DNA of 61,701 nucleotides from a virus (lineage: Duplodnaviria > Caudoviricetes): the IMG/VR virus record IMGVR_UViG_3300008120_000180, positions 1 through 61,701 of that record; one strand, 5' to 3'. Below are positions 12,001 to 22,162 of this stretch, one piece after another. Within the stretch, counting starts at the first letter, position 1. Every line of letters begins with the position of its first letter. The notes beneath the pieces are model-generated. The model did no database searches. It saw nothing but the letters and a program-made list of their open reading frames with translations, and was not told where the DNA came from. The translations under genes were made by a program, and so were the position numbers.

Positions 12001-15000
12001 TAGAAAGGATTATAATTATATCTTCCTTCGTATAGAGATTCATCTTTAACAGAAAGAATCTTAGAGAAATATCTTAACCCAGCTGGGTGAATTGTTTGTT
12101 CTATCAACTTACCAAAAATATTCGCAGATTGATCTGAGATAATTTCGTAAGAGAAATCTTGGTAATATTCAGAATCTTGAATTTTCTTTTGTGAAGATGG
12201 TTGAGAATCTGTTCCAATATAAGAACCATCATAAGTTAATAGAGAAGAAACATTTCCAATAAAAGAAGCATCAGTTCCACCATTTGTAGTAAAAGATGTG
12301 AAGCCTTGAGGGAAATTAAAACCGAAATTTTCAATCTTATAATCAGTTATAGAATTATCAGAAACTTGTGTAAATTTATGGATCTGATATAAGCCAGTTG
12401 ACCCAAGAGATACAAGAGATCCAGTAGAACCTGCTAGTGCACCAGCATAACTTGTAAATAGTTGAAAACCTGTTGAACCAGTAATTCTTGCGTAATAAGT
12501 TTCGCCATCAGTTAAACCGATTGGTCCAGAAGATCCAACTGGCCCTGTTGCGCCATTAAAAGAGTAAATAATTTTTCTACCAGTTTTAAAATTATGCGGA
12601 CTTACGAAAGTTATTGTTTTAGAAGTTGGATTAATATTCGCAATTAATTCAGGATCATAAAGAGAATGATATTCTGATACTCCAGTTGAACCGATCGCAA
12701 CTAAAGAACCAGTAGAACCTGCTATGGCGCCAGCATAATTCTTGTATAACTGAACTCCAGTTGCACCAGTAATTCTTGCATAGTAAGTTGTATTATCTTT
12801 TAATCCAATCGGTGCAAGATATAATGTATGATTTTGATTTAACCCAGTTGCACCTAGAGGAACAATTCCAGTAGATCCACCATTTATTGCCAAATCATAT
12901 GAAGAATATAGATTAACATATTGATTCGGAATATCCGAATACATTAAAGCTGTTCTAGAAACTGCAGTCGTTGCTCCAACTTCGCCTGAGAAAGAAACGA
13001 TTGGTGGAATACTGTATCCGAAACCACTATCAGTGACTTTAATAGTATTAACAGAACCAGAAGAAATTGTACATGTTCCTAATGCATTTCTACCAATTGC
13101 TCTCCAATTATTAGTTACACCAAAATTATGTGTAGGAACAGATGAACTATCTGCAATAAAATTAGCTGCCCTATAGAATTTAGAAGAAACACCAGTGGCA
13201 CCAGGGATAGCAAAATTTACTTGAATTTGCGTCTTAGGAACAAAACCTGTAGATCCAATATTAGCAGCACCACTATTAAATGTTGTTGCTCCGGTGTATG
13301 GGTTTGTAAATGTTAATGTTGGGGCGACAGTATAATTCGATCCGCCAGAATAATTAGCAATTATAGAATAATTTGTCGTGAATCCTGATGCCCCAGCAAT
13401 TGTAACTGTTGGAGCAGAAGTATAACCAGTTCCAGCTTGAATTAAAGAAATAGAAGAAACACTAACACCTGTTGAACCATATTGTAAAGTTGCTAATCCT
13501 GTTGCGCCTGATCCTCCACCACCAGTAAAGATAAGACCATAAAGTCCTGGTGACATATAATTTGATATTCCAGTAGCACCAATTGTTAAACTACCTATAT
13601 TAAGCGGAATATCTACTTTAGCTACAATTCCAGAATCATCGGAGATATTTTTACCAACATAATAAGATACATCATCTATTAAACCAATCGGTCCTGTTGC
13701 TCCTTCTGGTCCAGTTGCACCATTAAATGAATAAATGACTCTATCGCCGATATTATAAGTATGATCTTCATTAAATATGATTCGATTATTCACATAATCG
13801 ACATTATCTTTTATGTTAAAATTCGCAATCGTAGTTTTATTATCGGCACTTTGGCCAAATGTATATGTTAAGCTATCGCCAGTTGCGAAATTATGATTAT
13901 TTCTAAAGGTTATCGTCTTAGATGTACCATTTACATCCGATGCGATATTAAAAGATCTATATAATAGAGAAGCAATATCTGAGATAACAAAATATCTAGG
14001 TTCGGAAGTTATAGTATCGGTATTCGTCACCCTAGCTATAAAAGAAGGATTTGCTAAAATTTGATCGCCGAATGAATAGTTAATTCCACCATCTACAATA
14101 TCTAATGAAACGATACAAGGATTAACTGCACCAATAGGATCATCAGATTTCGTCTTATCTAGATTATAGATCTTAATATCTTCACCAGAAATATCAAAAG
14201 TTCCATTAATATCTGTTAAATTCAACTCAAAAACAGTACCTGTTCCAGCAATTGCTACATCATGGATTGATTGTATTACTGCAGTTGTTCCTGATGTTAC
14301 ACCGATTATTTTCTCGCCCAGATAAAGATCAGTAAAATCTTCTTCAGAAATAGAAGTATCGAAAGGAGCGATTCTTATAACAGAATCTTGCGTCCATTTT
14401 CCATCAGATACTCTAAGCATATCAACTTTTGGAAAGTAAAGCTCAACATCGGAATCGAATAGAATTCTGAATAGAAATTTAATTGATTTCTCTGCACCCT
14501 TTGAGTTATAAAATTGCTTTATAAACTTAATAAATTTTTTAGTATCTACTTCTCTTGAAGATATAGAAGAATCTACTTCAGTATATAACCTTTCAGGAAT
14601 CTTAGGAGAAAATTCTTTTCTCAACGAATCAACGAATAATTCTATAGATTCATCGATATCTCTTGATGATTTGGCCGCAGCGACTCCTGCATTAATATTT
14701 CCGAATTTAAGAGTTGCAACCGCTTCTGCAACACATCCACTTCCACCACCACCAGTTACAATTGCAATAGGTGCTTCGTCTTCTGTGTAATCTGATCCTG
14801 AATTAGTTACAACAATCTTCTTTACTACACCAGATTCTATAACAGGATATCCAGAAGCAGCAGCTGCTGATCCAGTTTTCGGGTCATTAATATAAACTCC
14901 GTTCGAATCTTTCGTTTGGAAATATACTATTACAGGATTAATACCTCCAGTACTAATAAATTTAGTAGTCACACCAGCAAAAGAAGTTGGTGCGTTAGTA

Positions 15001-15593
15001 GTTCCGGTAGCACCATGATATGGTCCTGCAGTAAATTTGTGTGTTTGAGAAATTCCAGTATTAGATAGATTTACTAATGCACCTGTTGCGCCAGAAACAG
15101 CACCAGCTCTTGTATTGAATATCTGTAATGTATTTGAATTTACTGGTCGGACCCAATAAGTATTATTATCAACTAAACCTATAACACCAGTTGCACCAGC
15201 TGGTCCAGTGGCACCATTAAAAGAATAAATTACTTCATCACCTGTAGATAAACCATGTGAAGTTACATTTAAATATTCCGAAGATGCATTAGCTGTATTA
15301 ATATTAAATGTTTTTGTAATCGAAGATGATGTAGATTTACCGATTACTTGATAAACTCTATTATTAAATGAAAATCTAGAACCACCTTCATATGTGGTAT
15401 TTCCTTGCCAAGCAACTATAGGATTATAACCAGATCCACCTTCGATAACCTTTACAGCTACAATTTTTCCTGTTTCTTCATCAAGAAAATCGTAGTATTG
15501 TTCCATTAATTCTAAGAATAATGGATATTCTTCTCTAATAAATTGTGGAATCTGAGATTTGACGAATATTTTCTTTTTATGAGGAGTGTGCAT
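9057..15593 (-). CDS. gp7: Baseplate wedge initiator gp7-like, expanded with inserted repeat domains
   Basis: SQIPQFIREEYPLF N-terminus, FYNSKGAEKSIKFLFRILF, IQDSEYYQDFSY...HPAG; lies between gp6 and gp8. Confidence 0.82.
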   Translation of the reverse strand: MHTPHKKKIFVKSQIPQFIREEYPLFLELMEQYYDFLDEETGKIVAVKVIEGGSGYNPIVAWQGNTTYEGGSRFSFNNRVYQVIGKSTSSSITKTFNINTANASSEYLNVTSHGLSTGDEVIYSFNGATGPAGATGVIGLVDNNTYWVRPVNSNTLQIFNTRAGAVSGATGALVNLSNTGISQTHKFTAGPYHGATGTTNAPTSFAGVTTKFISTGGINPVIVYFQTKDSNGVYINDPKTGSAAAASGYPVIESGVVKKIVVTNSGSDYTEDEAPIAIVTGGGGSGCVAEAVATLKFGNINAGVAAAKSSRDIDESIELFVDSLRKEFSPKIPERLYTEVDSSISSREVDTKKFIKFIKQFYNSKGAEKSIKFLFRILFDSDVELYFPKVDMLRVSDGKWTQDSVIRIAPFDTSISEEDFTDLYLGEKIIGVTSGTTAVIQSIHDVAIAGTGTVFELNLTDINGTFDISGEDIKIYNLDKTKSDDPIGAVNPCIVSLDIVDGGINYSFGDQILANPSFIARVTNTDTITSEPRYFVISDIASLLYRSFNIASDVNGTSKTITFRNNHNFATGDSLTYTFGQSADNKTTIANFNIKDNVDYVNNRIIFNEDHTYNIGDRVIYSFNGATGPEGATGPIGLIDDVSYYVGKNISDDSGIVAKVDIPLNIGSLTIGATGISNYMSPGLYGLIFTGGGGSGATGLATLQYGSTGVSVSSISLIQAGTGYTSAPTVTIAGASGFTTNYSIIANYSGGSNYTVAPTLTFTNPYTGATTFNSGAANIGSTGFVPKTQIQVNFAIPGATGVSSKFYRAANFIADSSSVPTHNFGVTNNWRAIGRNALGTCTISSGSVNTIKVTDSGFGYSIPPIVSFSGEVGATTAVSRTALMYSDIPNQYVNLYSSYDLAINGGSTGIVPLGATGLNQNHTLYLAPIGLKDNTTYYARITGATGVQLYKNYAGAIAGSTGSLVAIGSTGVSEYHSLYDPELIANINPTSKTITFVSPHNFKTGRKIIYSFNGATGPVGSSGPIGLTDGETYYARITGSTGFQLFTSYAGALAGSTGSLVSLGSTGLYQIHKFTQVSDNSITDYKIENFGFNFPQGFTSFTTNGGTDASFIGNVSSLLTYDGSYIGTDSQPSSQKKIQDSEYYQDFSYEIISDQSANIFGKLIEQTIHPAGLRYFSKILSVKDESLYEGRYNYNPFYYQYTYFVEGSPDNSFDITDLLDNGTEWQAGDSVSVGTTENPTKIFVRISGNDYVYIVSESGTFGATPPAAISGEQTNGTAKLIFSGVAEKLLSVYVNGELKEFNVDYFMADANTVEFYSPLPVGSIVRIYKREETPFDTDYNEYAKTYTTITIRRNNYVKDSIRAYKWFAGLPSTPTTWSGATGGPSAVNDLIQWLDNYYIVTTAGTTGKNPPVHEIGSATNGTCILKYFNPFKGYVGDILYHNTNFYKITGTTNANISGIFGQTAPTHTSGTATNGKVILEYYEPGFRFWVGSTGYEPNEIIYHNSNWYKVINSSTATSGVSGPVHNFGTQTNGTLNLQHHTIDHDFVTTIPVVSQLDPGKAMLGPTVNDIVRNVNSGIPDYFQDFIGTITSPGNGVTSTIDASGGAANVGLSSEDDEYTNYSMIITVNGGTLDNTKYVRRITNYNGTTKVFTLSHNIDKGTSPTSLSYRLIQNYILSSVSGATGGTGIFGLSPYDPAYELNAIVKKEFSFDPTNQISSNTISLFSGATGLGYPGATGYYHGLSTGDKVVYYNNGNADVSGLTSGTKYWVTVTSPTSVKLATNYDNSGAGATGALTPSNISITAGSTGIHKLYLENNSYPYYNIIITSGGGVNSVLNILEYNEIDNTISCEGNPGTIIADGATGVANESTYYIYPDLYRIPTGATGPNGTIYNDDHFSGSVVSIVISSGGQGYQISDTISIVGGYGSGAVASIGSVDGNGKITSINVTSSGSGYIYEPRVTVNSATGTGVSLYPIMKTINGVGVGLNYNYSTYGHYVFVLSGTTKTTTGSAVAGSEFITIDSGFDTSNIRTGTIVSGTGIATGTIVTDIAVVDTGLSITKKIKLSQYTTGSVSGTITFTSKRPYPDFEYGETINQVSIINPSITNKLRVIKCDYINNVLYVEKDEESDELNSTNNLTRVRDSSTLQITGATGIYVTGEMYSGWKSTNVPVESIIKVYPI

Positions 15594-15595
15594 TT

Positions 15596-17410
15596 TTACT
15601 CTACTGTCATATTTATTGAAACGTCAGTATCTACGATAGTTAATATATTGTTTCTAAATGAAGTAACTGTATACTCGAATGGTTCTGAAATTAAATCTAA
15701 TGTATTATCTTCATTAGGTATTGAAGATGGTTTAAAATTTGTAATTTGAACTAAACCAGAGTTATAATTTATCGTACCGGCATTCGCTTTGACTATTACT
15801 TTTGTACCAGCCGAGAACTTATAGATTCTTAATAATCCAGAAGAATCATCCTCAAGATAATAATCTTCATTAGACAATCCAAGAGTTGAATCGTTAACTG
15901 CTTTAAACGAAGATAAGCTAGCGAAAGTTCCTTCTCTTAATCTATTTTGGAAATTAATCGTATAAGTTGATGTGACATCTAATATTATGTCAATATTCTT
16001 TCTTAATTTAATAGAAGAATAATTTGAAATAATTGATGAATCTGCGTTATCAATTGAGCTTACGAATTTAGAATATGAAAATCTTGTACCAAATTTAATC
16101 AAATTTTCGACATTGAAATTGCTAATTGTCTGTCTTACTATTGAAGATAATTCAGAAGAAGTGTAAATTGTTCTTTTTGGATCAAATAAAACTGAAGAAT
16201 TTACAGTAATAAAAGTATATTCAGGATCTATAATTTCAGGAATAATTGAGATAATATTCTTATCTCCTAATACATTATTTAAGATTTCTTGTTTAACGGA
16301 ATTAGTTACTCTAAATCCTTTCTTCGGTTTAAAAGAAATAAAAACTTTCCCATAGATTGGCGGAACATTATCTTGACCACCCCAAACCGAAATAGATTCT
16401 GCTTGCGGATAATCTCTTTCTAAAAAAAACTTATAATCTTCTGCAGTAACTGCTCTTCCTTGAGTGTAGAAATTGTTAAGAGCACTTGTTCTTATTGATT
16501 CGATTCCTTCTTCAGCTGATCCAGAATGTGACACCTCAACATTATCATACACAATATCAGAAGATCCGAAAGTTTCTAGACCCACATCTCTTCCTGTTCC
16601 AATAGTAGTCGATAGAGTAAATTTTGAAATACCGTTGGCCGCTTCGCCTGAAGAAGTTTGGAATGTAATAAGAACTGTGTCGCCAGCCTCAGGCTTCTTA
16701 CCTAAAACACCATCGCCAAATTGAATAATGTAATTTCTATCAACAGATTCGAACAAATAAAAAATTTGTTCTTCTGAATCTAAAATAGTAATATCAGAAA
16801 CAAGATTATAAGTTTGTAGATCTCCAGTTTGACCTAATTCTTTTACATACACTTCAATCGAATCCGTATCAATATTGAAATTATTGATAAAGAATTTTTC
16901 TCCAGCAGTTGCAGTTATAGGATATCTTATCGTGAATCTTGATCCTTCTCTTAAACGGACGTCTGTGAATGTATAATATCCGCCAGATACTCTAGAAGTA
17001 TAAGCAACAACTGGTTGAAAAATATAAGTTGTTCCATCAATATCACCAGTAAAATTTGTAGTTTTATCGAGAGTTAATGATGTGTTTTCTGGATCCGTTG
17101 TTGGTATTCTGAAGGAAATATTTGATATAGCAGATTTTCTTGATCTTGGTGTGTAGCCTAAATTTTTAGCAATAGAAACAATCGATGATCTTGTTTGGGC
17201 TGTGTCAATGAAATTTTCATTTAAAGCCATATTAAGATATACCGCATTATAATGCGTATTGTAAGCAAGTATATCTAGGATAAGTGCTAAACCAGAACCT
17301 TCGAAATTATAATCTGTGAATGTGGTGTTGTTAGCAATATAAGCAGCTATATTGGCTCTTATTGTTTCGAAATCTAAATCTGAAACTAACTTGGAAATTC
17401 TTTCTGCCAT
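15596..17410 (-). CDS. gp6: Baseplate wedge subunit gp6
   Basis: LDFETI...FTDYNFEGSGL..LLDILAYNTHY, QGRAVTAEDY, WGGQDNVPPIYGKVFIS. Confidence 0.93.
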   Translation of the reverse strand: MAERISKLVSDLDFETIRANIAAYIANNTTFTDYNFEGSGLALILDILAYNTHYNAVYLNMALNENFIDTAQTRSSIVSIAKNLGYTPRSRKSAISNISFRIPTTDPENTSLTLDKTTNFTGDIDGTTYIFQPVVAYTSRVSGGYYTFTDVRLREGSRFTIRYPITATAGEKFFINNFNIDTDSIEVYVKELGQTGDLQTYNLVSDITILDSEEQIFYLFESVDRNYIIQFGDGVLGKKPEAGDTVLITFQTSSGEAANGISKFTLSTTIGTGRDVGLETFGSSDIVYDNVEVSHSGSAEEGIESIRTSALNNFYTQGRAVTAEDYKFFLERDYPQAESISVWGGQDNVPPIYGKVFISFKPKKGFRVTNSVKQEILNNVLGDKNIISIIPEIIDPEYTFITVNSSVLFDPKRTIYTSSELSSIVRQTISNFNVENLIKFGTRFSYSKFVSSIDNADSSIISNYSSIKLRKNIDIILDVTSTYTINFQNRLREGTFASLSSFKAVNDSTLGLSNEDYYLEDDSSGLLRIYKFSAGTKVIVKANAGTINYNSGLVQITNFKPSSIPNEDNTLDLISEPFEYTVTSFRNNILTIVDTDVSINMTVE

Positions 17411-17411
17411 T

Positions 17412-17807
17412 TTATCTTATTCTCTCTAGCTGTACTCTTACGGATACTGGTTGCTCAATATTAACAACATAAAATGAGATTTCTATTTCAATACCATTTT
17501 GATCTGGAAAATCTTTTACTATAACATCAATTACTCTTGCTCTCGGTTCGAAATTATTTATACAATTTTCTATATTGATCTGCAAAATAGTAGCAGTCTC
17601 AGGAGTAATGTTTTCAAACAAAGATCCATAAACACCAGAACCTATTTCTGGGTGAAATAATCTTTCTGAAAAGTTTGTCATAACCAACAATTTAACTGAT
17701 CTCTTAACTGCATCCACATCAGTTAAGGTGTAAATATCTTTTGTTTTTGGATTTTTCTGAAAAGATAAATCTATATCTTTATATCTATTCGTTAAAGTGG
17801 TTGGCAT
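17412..17807 (-). CDS. gp25: Baseplate wedge subunit gp25
   Basis: YKDIDLSF, DAVKRSV..L..TN..ERLFHPEIGS, FEPR motifs. Confidence 0.92.
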   Translation of the reverse strand: MPTTLTNRYKDIDLSFQKNPKTKDIYTLTDVDAVKRSVKLLVMTNFSERLFHPEIGSGVYGSLFENITPETATILQINIENCINNFEPRARVIDVIVKDFPDQNGIEIEISFYVVNIEQPVSVRVQLERIR

Positions 17808-17820
17808 ATAATCTATTTAT

Positions 17821-18729
17821 TTATGAAAAGAACGGAATCTTTGGAATAGAAGATAAGGTAGTGATTGTTGTATTCAAAGAATCTATTGTTGTGTTTAAAG
17901 AATTATATAGAGTAACATACTGATTATTTCTAGGATCAATTGCTGCTGGTAATGTTGGTAAAGTTTTTCTACTCTTTCTCTTATTCTTAAAGAAAGAATT
18001 GATCTTCTTTACATTATTTGCGATATTCTTAACATTTTGGGCTGTAGCAATTAAATTATTTGCAATATTTTGAACATTAGCAACTGTATTTGCAACATTA
18101 TTAATTTGAATAAGAGCTTCATTTACATTCGGAATATTTCCAGTAACACCGAAACCTAATGCATTTATGTTTGTTGTTAATGTTGACATATTTGTTAAAT
18201 CATTTGAGATAGAAGATAATCCGTTATTTACATATTCATTAATGTCATCTATCGATTGTTGAACAGTTGATGATGAGTTCTGAATAGTTGTAAGAGATTG
18301 GTTATCATCGATCAAATTCGCATAAGAATCGACTGTCCTTGAAAGTGATGATGATTGATTCCTTAATACAGCTGTTATGTTATCAATATTAGATAATGAT
18401 TCTTGAATATTATCTAAAGACATATTTTGCGTAATTCTTTGTAAGGAATTAACTGTGTTATTTACTGAACTAATTTGATTAACACTATCACTTAAAGCTG
18501 CATTAAGTTCATCAGAAATAATTCCTTCAGCTGAAAGAACTCCTAAAGAATTAAACGCTGATTCGTTTATTGTTCTCCAAGATACACCACGATTTATAAA
18601 TGGAGCGATAATAGCTGCTGCTTCCATTGCAATTGTTGCTGCTCTTTGTATTTTTGCTGTAATTGTTTTCGGTTTTTTAGCAGAAATTCCAGCAAATATA
18701 GTAGCTGTTGTTTGTACGTTTGGTATCAT
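17821..18729 (-). CDS. Hypothetical Asn/Ser-rich helical structural protein
   Basis: 302-aa ORF packed between gp5 and gp25; heptad-like N/V/I repeats. Confidence 0.65.
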   Translation of the reverse strand: MIPNVQTTATIFAGISAKKPKTITAKIQRAATIAMEAAAIIAPFINRGVSWRTINESAFNSLGVLSAEGIISDELNAALSDSVNQISSVNNTVNSLQRITQNMSLDNIQESLSNIDNITAVLRNQSSSLSRTVDSYANLIDDNQSLTTIQNSSSTVQQSIDDINEYVNNGLSSISNDLTNMSTLTTNINALGFGVTGNIPNVNEALIQINNVANTVANVQNIANNLIATAQNVKNIANNVKKINSFFKNKRKSRKTLPTLPAAIDPRNNQYVTLYNSLNTTIDSLNTTITTLSSIPKIPFFS

Positions 18730-18733
18730 TTCT

Positions 18734-20110
18734 TTAAAATGGATTAAATGTTAGTGGCCCTGTCGGAGCCGTCTTTGGAAACTTTCTTGTTACCGTTGGT
18801 GCTTCTAAATTAATTCTCATATTAGATTTTGCATTTAAAAATCCTGCTTTTGCTTCTAAATCTAGATTAGTTCCAGCAACAATTTTCGTACTAATCAAAG
18901 AACCAACGCTTGTGTTAATTGTTGAATTTACAGATGTGAATGATGAATTAAGAGTTACTGAACCAACCGACCCAATTTCAGTTGAAACTGTAGAATTAAT
19001 AATAGTAGAAGTTAAAGATGATATATTCATATTCAACAAAGAAGACAGTCCCATTGTTGTTTTTGAAGCCATTGCAATTGATCCTAATGTTGTATTAACA
19101 TTGAAATTTGTATTGGCTGTCATTCTTATGTTTTCAGCAGATATATTTAAGTCTCCGCCAGCATCTATATTAATATCTTTTTCTGAAATAACAGAAACAT
19201 TATCATGACAATATAGAGAAGTTTCACCAACAGCCTGTATTGTAATCTTCTCTCCAGCCTGAACATTTATGTCATTTGCAGAATAAACATTACATCTTCC
19301 ATCAACTGTTATGTTTACAGAACCAGATACATATATTCTATCATCACCTAATATAATAGAATAATTATCTCCATTAACTTTTGTTAATTTATTAGCTTTC
19401 TTTTCACCATCTTCTTCTACTTCATAGATTTCGTAAAAAGTTCCTAATCTATGATATTCATGGATTCTCGTTTTATCTTTTGTATCGTCCCACTCTTTAA
19501 TGTGTCCAGATTCTGTTTGAAACACATGATTAAATGGATATTTTGCGTCATAAATTGGTAGAGGTTCAGACCAAGAAGTATCATCGCCTTCTTTTCTAGG
19601 ACCACCGTTATTAGATACACCTTCTAAGGCGACAGGAACAGTTTTTACAGCTTTATCTTTTCTTTGTTGGATAATTGTTTCTGAAATCTTTTCATTTCTT
19701 GCTAATCTATTTGTATCTGATTCTTTCAGATAGGAAGATTCTGGATACTTATTTGTTGGATCATTAAATCCTACTTGAGGATTTCCTTTCTTTTGAGGAA
19801 TACCACCAATTGTTCCGAACACAACAGGTTCTTGACAATTATCGCCATCTCTAAAGAAACCAACAACCCAAGTTCCTTCAACTGGTCCAACTGGTGCTTC
19901 TCCGATCCCATTCATAGAAGCAGAAGTAATCGGCATGATTGGATAAGCCCAAGGTAAATCTTCTGTTGGAATTTTATTCTTATCTTCTGTATGGATTCCA
20001 AGAATTCTTACACGAAGTCTTCCTAACTTCAATGGATCCATACGATCTTCTACTACGCCTTGGAACCAGACGAAATTATCGAATCCTATAAACGTATTTG
20101 TACTTGGCAT
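18734..20110 (-). CDS. gp5: Baseplate hub/central spike gp5, no lysozyme domain
   Basis: WFQGVVEDRMDPLKLGRLRVR OB-fold, YPFNHVFQTESGHIKEWDDT, C-terminal beta-helix-like repeats. Confidence 0.92.
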   Translation of the reverse strand: MPSTNTFIGFDNFVWFQGVVEDRMDPLKLGRLRVRILGIHTEDKNKIPTEDLPWAYPIMPITSASMNGIGEAPVGPVEGTWVVGFFRDGDNCQEPVVFGTIGGIPQKKGNPQVGFNDPTNKYPESSYLKESDTNRLARNEKISETIIQQRKDKAVKTVPVALEGVSNNGGPRKEGDDTSWSEPLPIYDAKYPFNHVFQTESGHIKEWDDTKDKTRIHEYHRLGTFYEIYEVEEDGEKKANKLTKVNGDNYSIILGDDRIYVSGSVNITVDGRCNVYSANDINVQAGEKITIQAVGETSLYCHDNVSVISEKDINIDAGGDLNISAENIRMTANTNFNVNTTLGSIAMASKTTMGLSSLLNMNISSLTSTIINSTVSTEIGSVGSVTLNSSFTSVNSTINTSVGSLISTKIVAGTNLDLEAKAGFLNAKSNMRINLEAPTVTRKFPKTAPTGPLTFNPF

Positions 20111-21480
20111 TATTCTACTACACTCTCTAGAGATTCTTTAGAACATTCTAAAGTCATATTATAAGAAGATCTATTTATGACATGTCGTATTGCCGTAATT
20201 AGAAAATTACCTCTGTAATATTTATCAAATTTGTTCTCACCACTAGATTCGGGTGAAGGTAAATCGAATTTAATAACATCTCCAGATTCTAATGTAGCAT
20301 CTCCGGTTACCACTATCTTAATTCTAAAATAATTAAGAGAAGATAATCTACTTAATTTAGAAGAAGATATATTTTGTAAGCGATTTGGATTTTCCGCTGT
20401 TCCTAAAGAAGTTAACATAATCCTGGATTCTTTATAAGAAGGATCATCGAATCTCTTATCGGATATATTTTTAACTCCAGAATATATTTTATTCTCAGAT
20501 AAATGATAGAAGTTTTCAAATTCTTTATCATAATTAAATGGTATTTTTTCCCATTCTTTTTTTGTAATATCATGAGTAATTAATGTGTTATTGAATAATC
20601 CTGTTGTATTATTTTCGATGGTATTGAAAGAATTTACAACTTCATAATTTAACGCATTAGAGTGCTCTGAATTATTTTGCAAATCATCTCCATCTGGTAA
20701 ATTTCCTGGCCTAAAGAATATAGTTTTTCTTGCATCATACGCAAGCATATCATCTATTGATAGAAACCAAAATTTTGAAGTTACTTCTTCGCTATATCTA
20801 CTTGAAGTATATCTTGCTCGGTCTCCTTCTGTTGGCCCATCGTTATATAATGTTTGAAAAAAGAAGAATCCTGGTGTGTTGTAAGTATATGAAATAGATC
20901 TAGATGCCAACCAATTAATTGTATAAAGAGGACTCCAATTTGGAATCACAACATTTGGTGCTTCGTGTGTTTTCTCAAATTCATAAGTTCCTGTAGTTCC
21001 AAAATCTTTATATATATTTTCGATAATTGAATTCATTGTCTTATTTTTATAAGATTTCGACACTTTAATGTTTCTATCAAGAACAGATTCTTCTGAAATA
21101 AAATGTATTTCGTAAGTTTGAGAACGTTCGTTTAACATAGTTCTATTTCTTACGTCAACAATTCTACCGAAATATTTAATTTTATTCTTCTTAATTTCCG
21201 TAAGACTTTTAATATCTGTCTTCTTATTCGGATCGATATATTGATGAACAGGAACTTCTAATTCAATAAGAATACCTTCATTACCTAAAATCGGTAAAGA
21301 ATTTAAACCACTTATGATGTTATTCGCATCAATTACTTCAATATAGCCACTAATAGTTGCTGTGAAAATTGATTCGAAAATATTGATTTCTGAGAAAATA
21401 GGAGATATATCCAGAAAGTTTTTTTCAGAAAATATAATAAGATTTTTAAGAGTATAATTTCCTGCTTGTAATTTACCCAT
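20110..21480 (-). CDS. Baseplate hub protein, gp27-like
   Basis: INIFESIF..ISG...DA, C-terminal GD..L.SGDVI...DKYYRGNFLITAIRH; lies between gp53 and gp5. Confidence 0.7.
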   Translation of the reverse strand: MGKLQAGNYTLKNLIIFSEKNFLDISPIFSEINIFESIFTATISGYIEVIDANNIISGLNSLPILGNEGILIELEVPVHQYIDPNKKTDIKSLTEIKKNKIKYFGRIVDVRNRTMLNERSQTYEIHFISEESVLDRNIKVSKSYKNKTMNSIIENIYKDFGTTGTYEFEKTHEAPNVVIPNWSPLYTINWLASRSISYTYNTPGFFFFQTLYNDGPTEGDRARYTSSRYSEEVTSKFWFLSIDDMLAYDARKTIFFRPGNLPDGDDLQNNSEHSNALNYEVVNSFNTIENNTTGLFNNTLITHDITKKEWEKIPFNYDKEFENFYHLSENKIYSGVKNISDKRFDDPSYKESRIMLTSLGTAENPNRLQNISSSKLSRLSSLNYFRIKIVVTGDATLESGDVIKFDLPSPESSGENKFDKYYRGNFLITAIRHVINRSSYNMTLECSKESLESVVE

Positions 21481-22158
21481 TTATTTAACCAGAAAATTAA
21501 AAGTATCTACAAATGATTGTAAATATTGTTTATTCAATAAGAGAATATTTCTTTTAGATTCATTAAGTTCAAATTCATAATCGTATATCGATTTAGCTTT
21601 TTTCATCACTCGACCATTTTGAGTATATGGTCTTGGAATTTGAGAATCTGGATTACTAAAATCGTAATCTATTTGAGGAACTTCTAAGAAGAATGTATTG
21701 TCTTCGTATTGACTTCCTACAGGATCGATTGATAAGATGCCTGTCGCACCATTTATTTGAGTTTCTTCTGTATTTCCAATATTAGTTGAGAATCTTTCGT
21801 ATGCTTCACGAATATAATATTTGTAAGTTGTTTGCGCTGCGGCAACTGATCCATATGTGTCAACAATATAATTCTGAAACTCTTCTGTATTTAAAGGAAA
21901 ATCGTAGAATCTATCAAATTTGTCATTTATCATCATTATAACCCAGTAAAAATTAGGAGAATCGTAAACATCATTAGATATAGATTCAATATTTTCTCCT
22001 TCTTTGATATTGTATTTGTAATATAATGATTGATCATCAGTTGGAGATATCTTTCTAATAACTCTTACTGTGATATCCTTCAGTAGAGAAAAAGTATTTC
22101 CTGTTTTATCAGAAAAATTTGGATAAAGAAGATAAGGAAATTGTTTAAAGTATGACAT
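21481..22158 (-). CDS. gp53: Baseplate wedge subunit gp53
   Basis: MSYFKQFP, LysM-like Y.IKEGE..E.IS..VYDSP.FYWVIMMIN, YDYE..LNESKR.I.LL. Confidence 0.9.
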   Translation of the reverse strand: MSYFKQFPYLLYPNFSDKTGNTFSLLKDITVRVIRKISPTDDQSLYYKYNIKEGENIESISNDVYDSPNFYWVIMMINDKFDRFYDFPLNTEEFQNYIVDTYGSVAAAQTTYKYYIREAYERFSTNIGNTEETQINGATGILSIDPVGSQYEDNTFFLEVPQIDYDFSNPDSQIPRPYTQNGRVMKKAKSIYDYEFELNESKRNILLLNKQYLQSFVDTFNFLVK

Positions 22159-22162
22159 GTTG

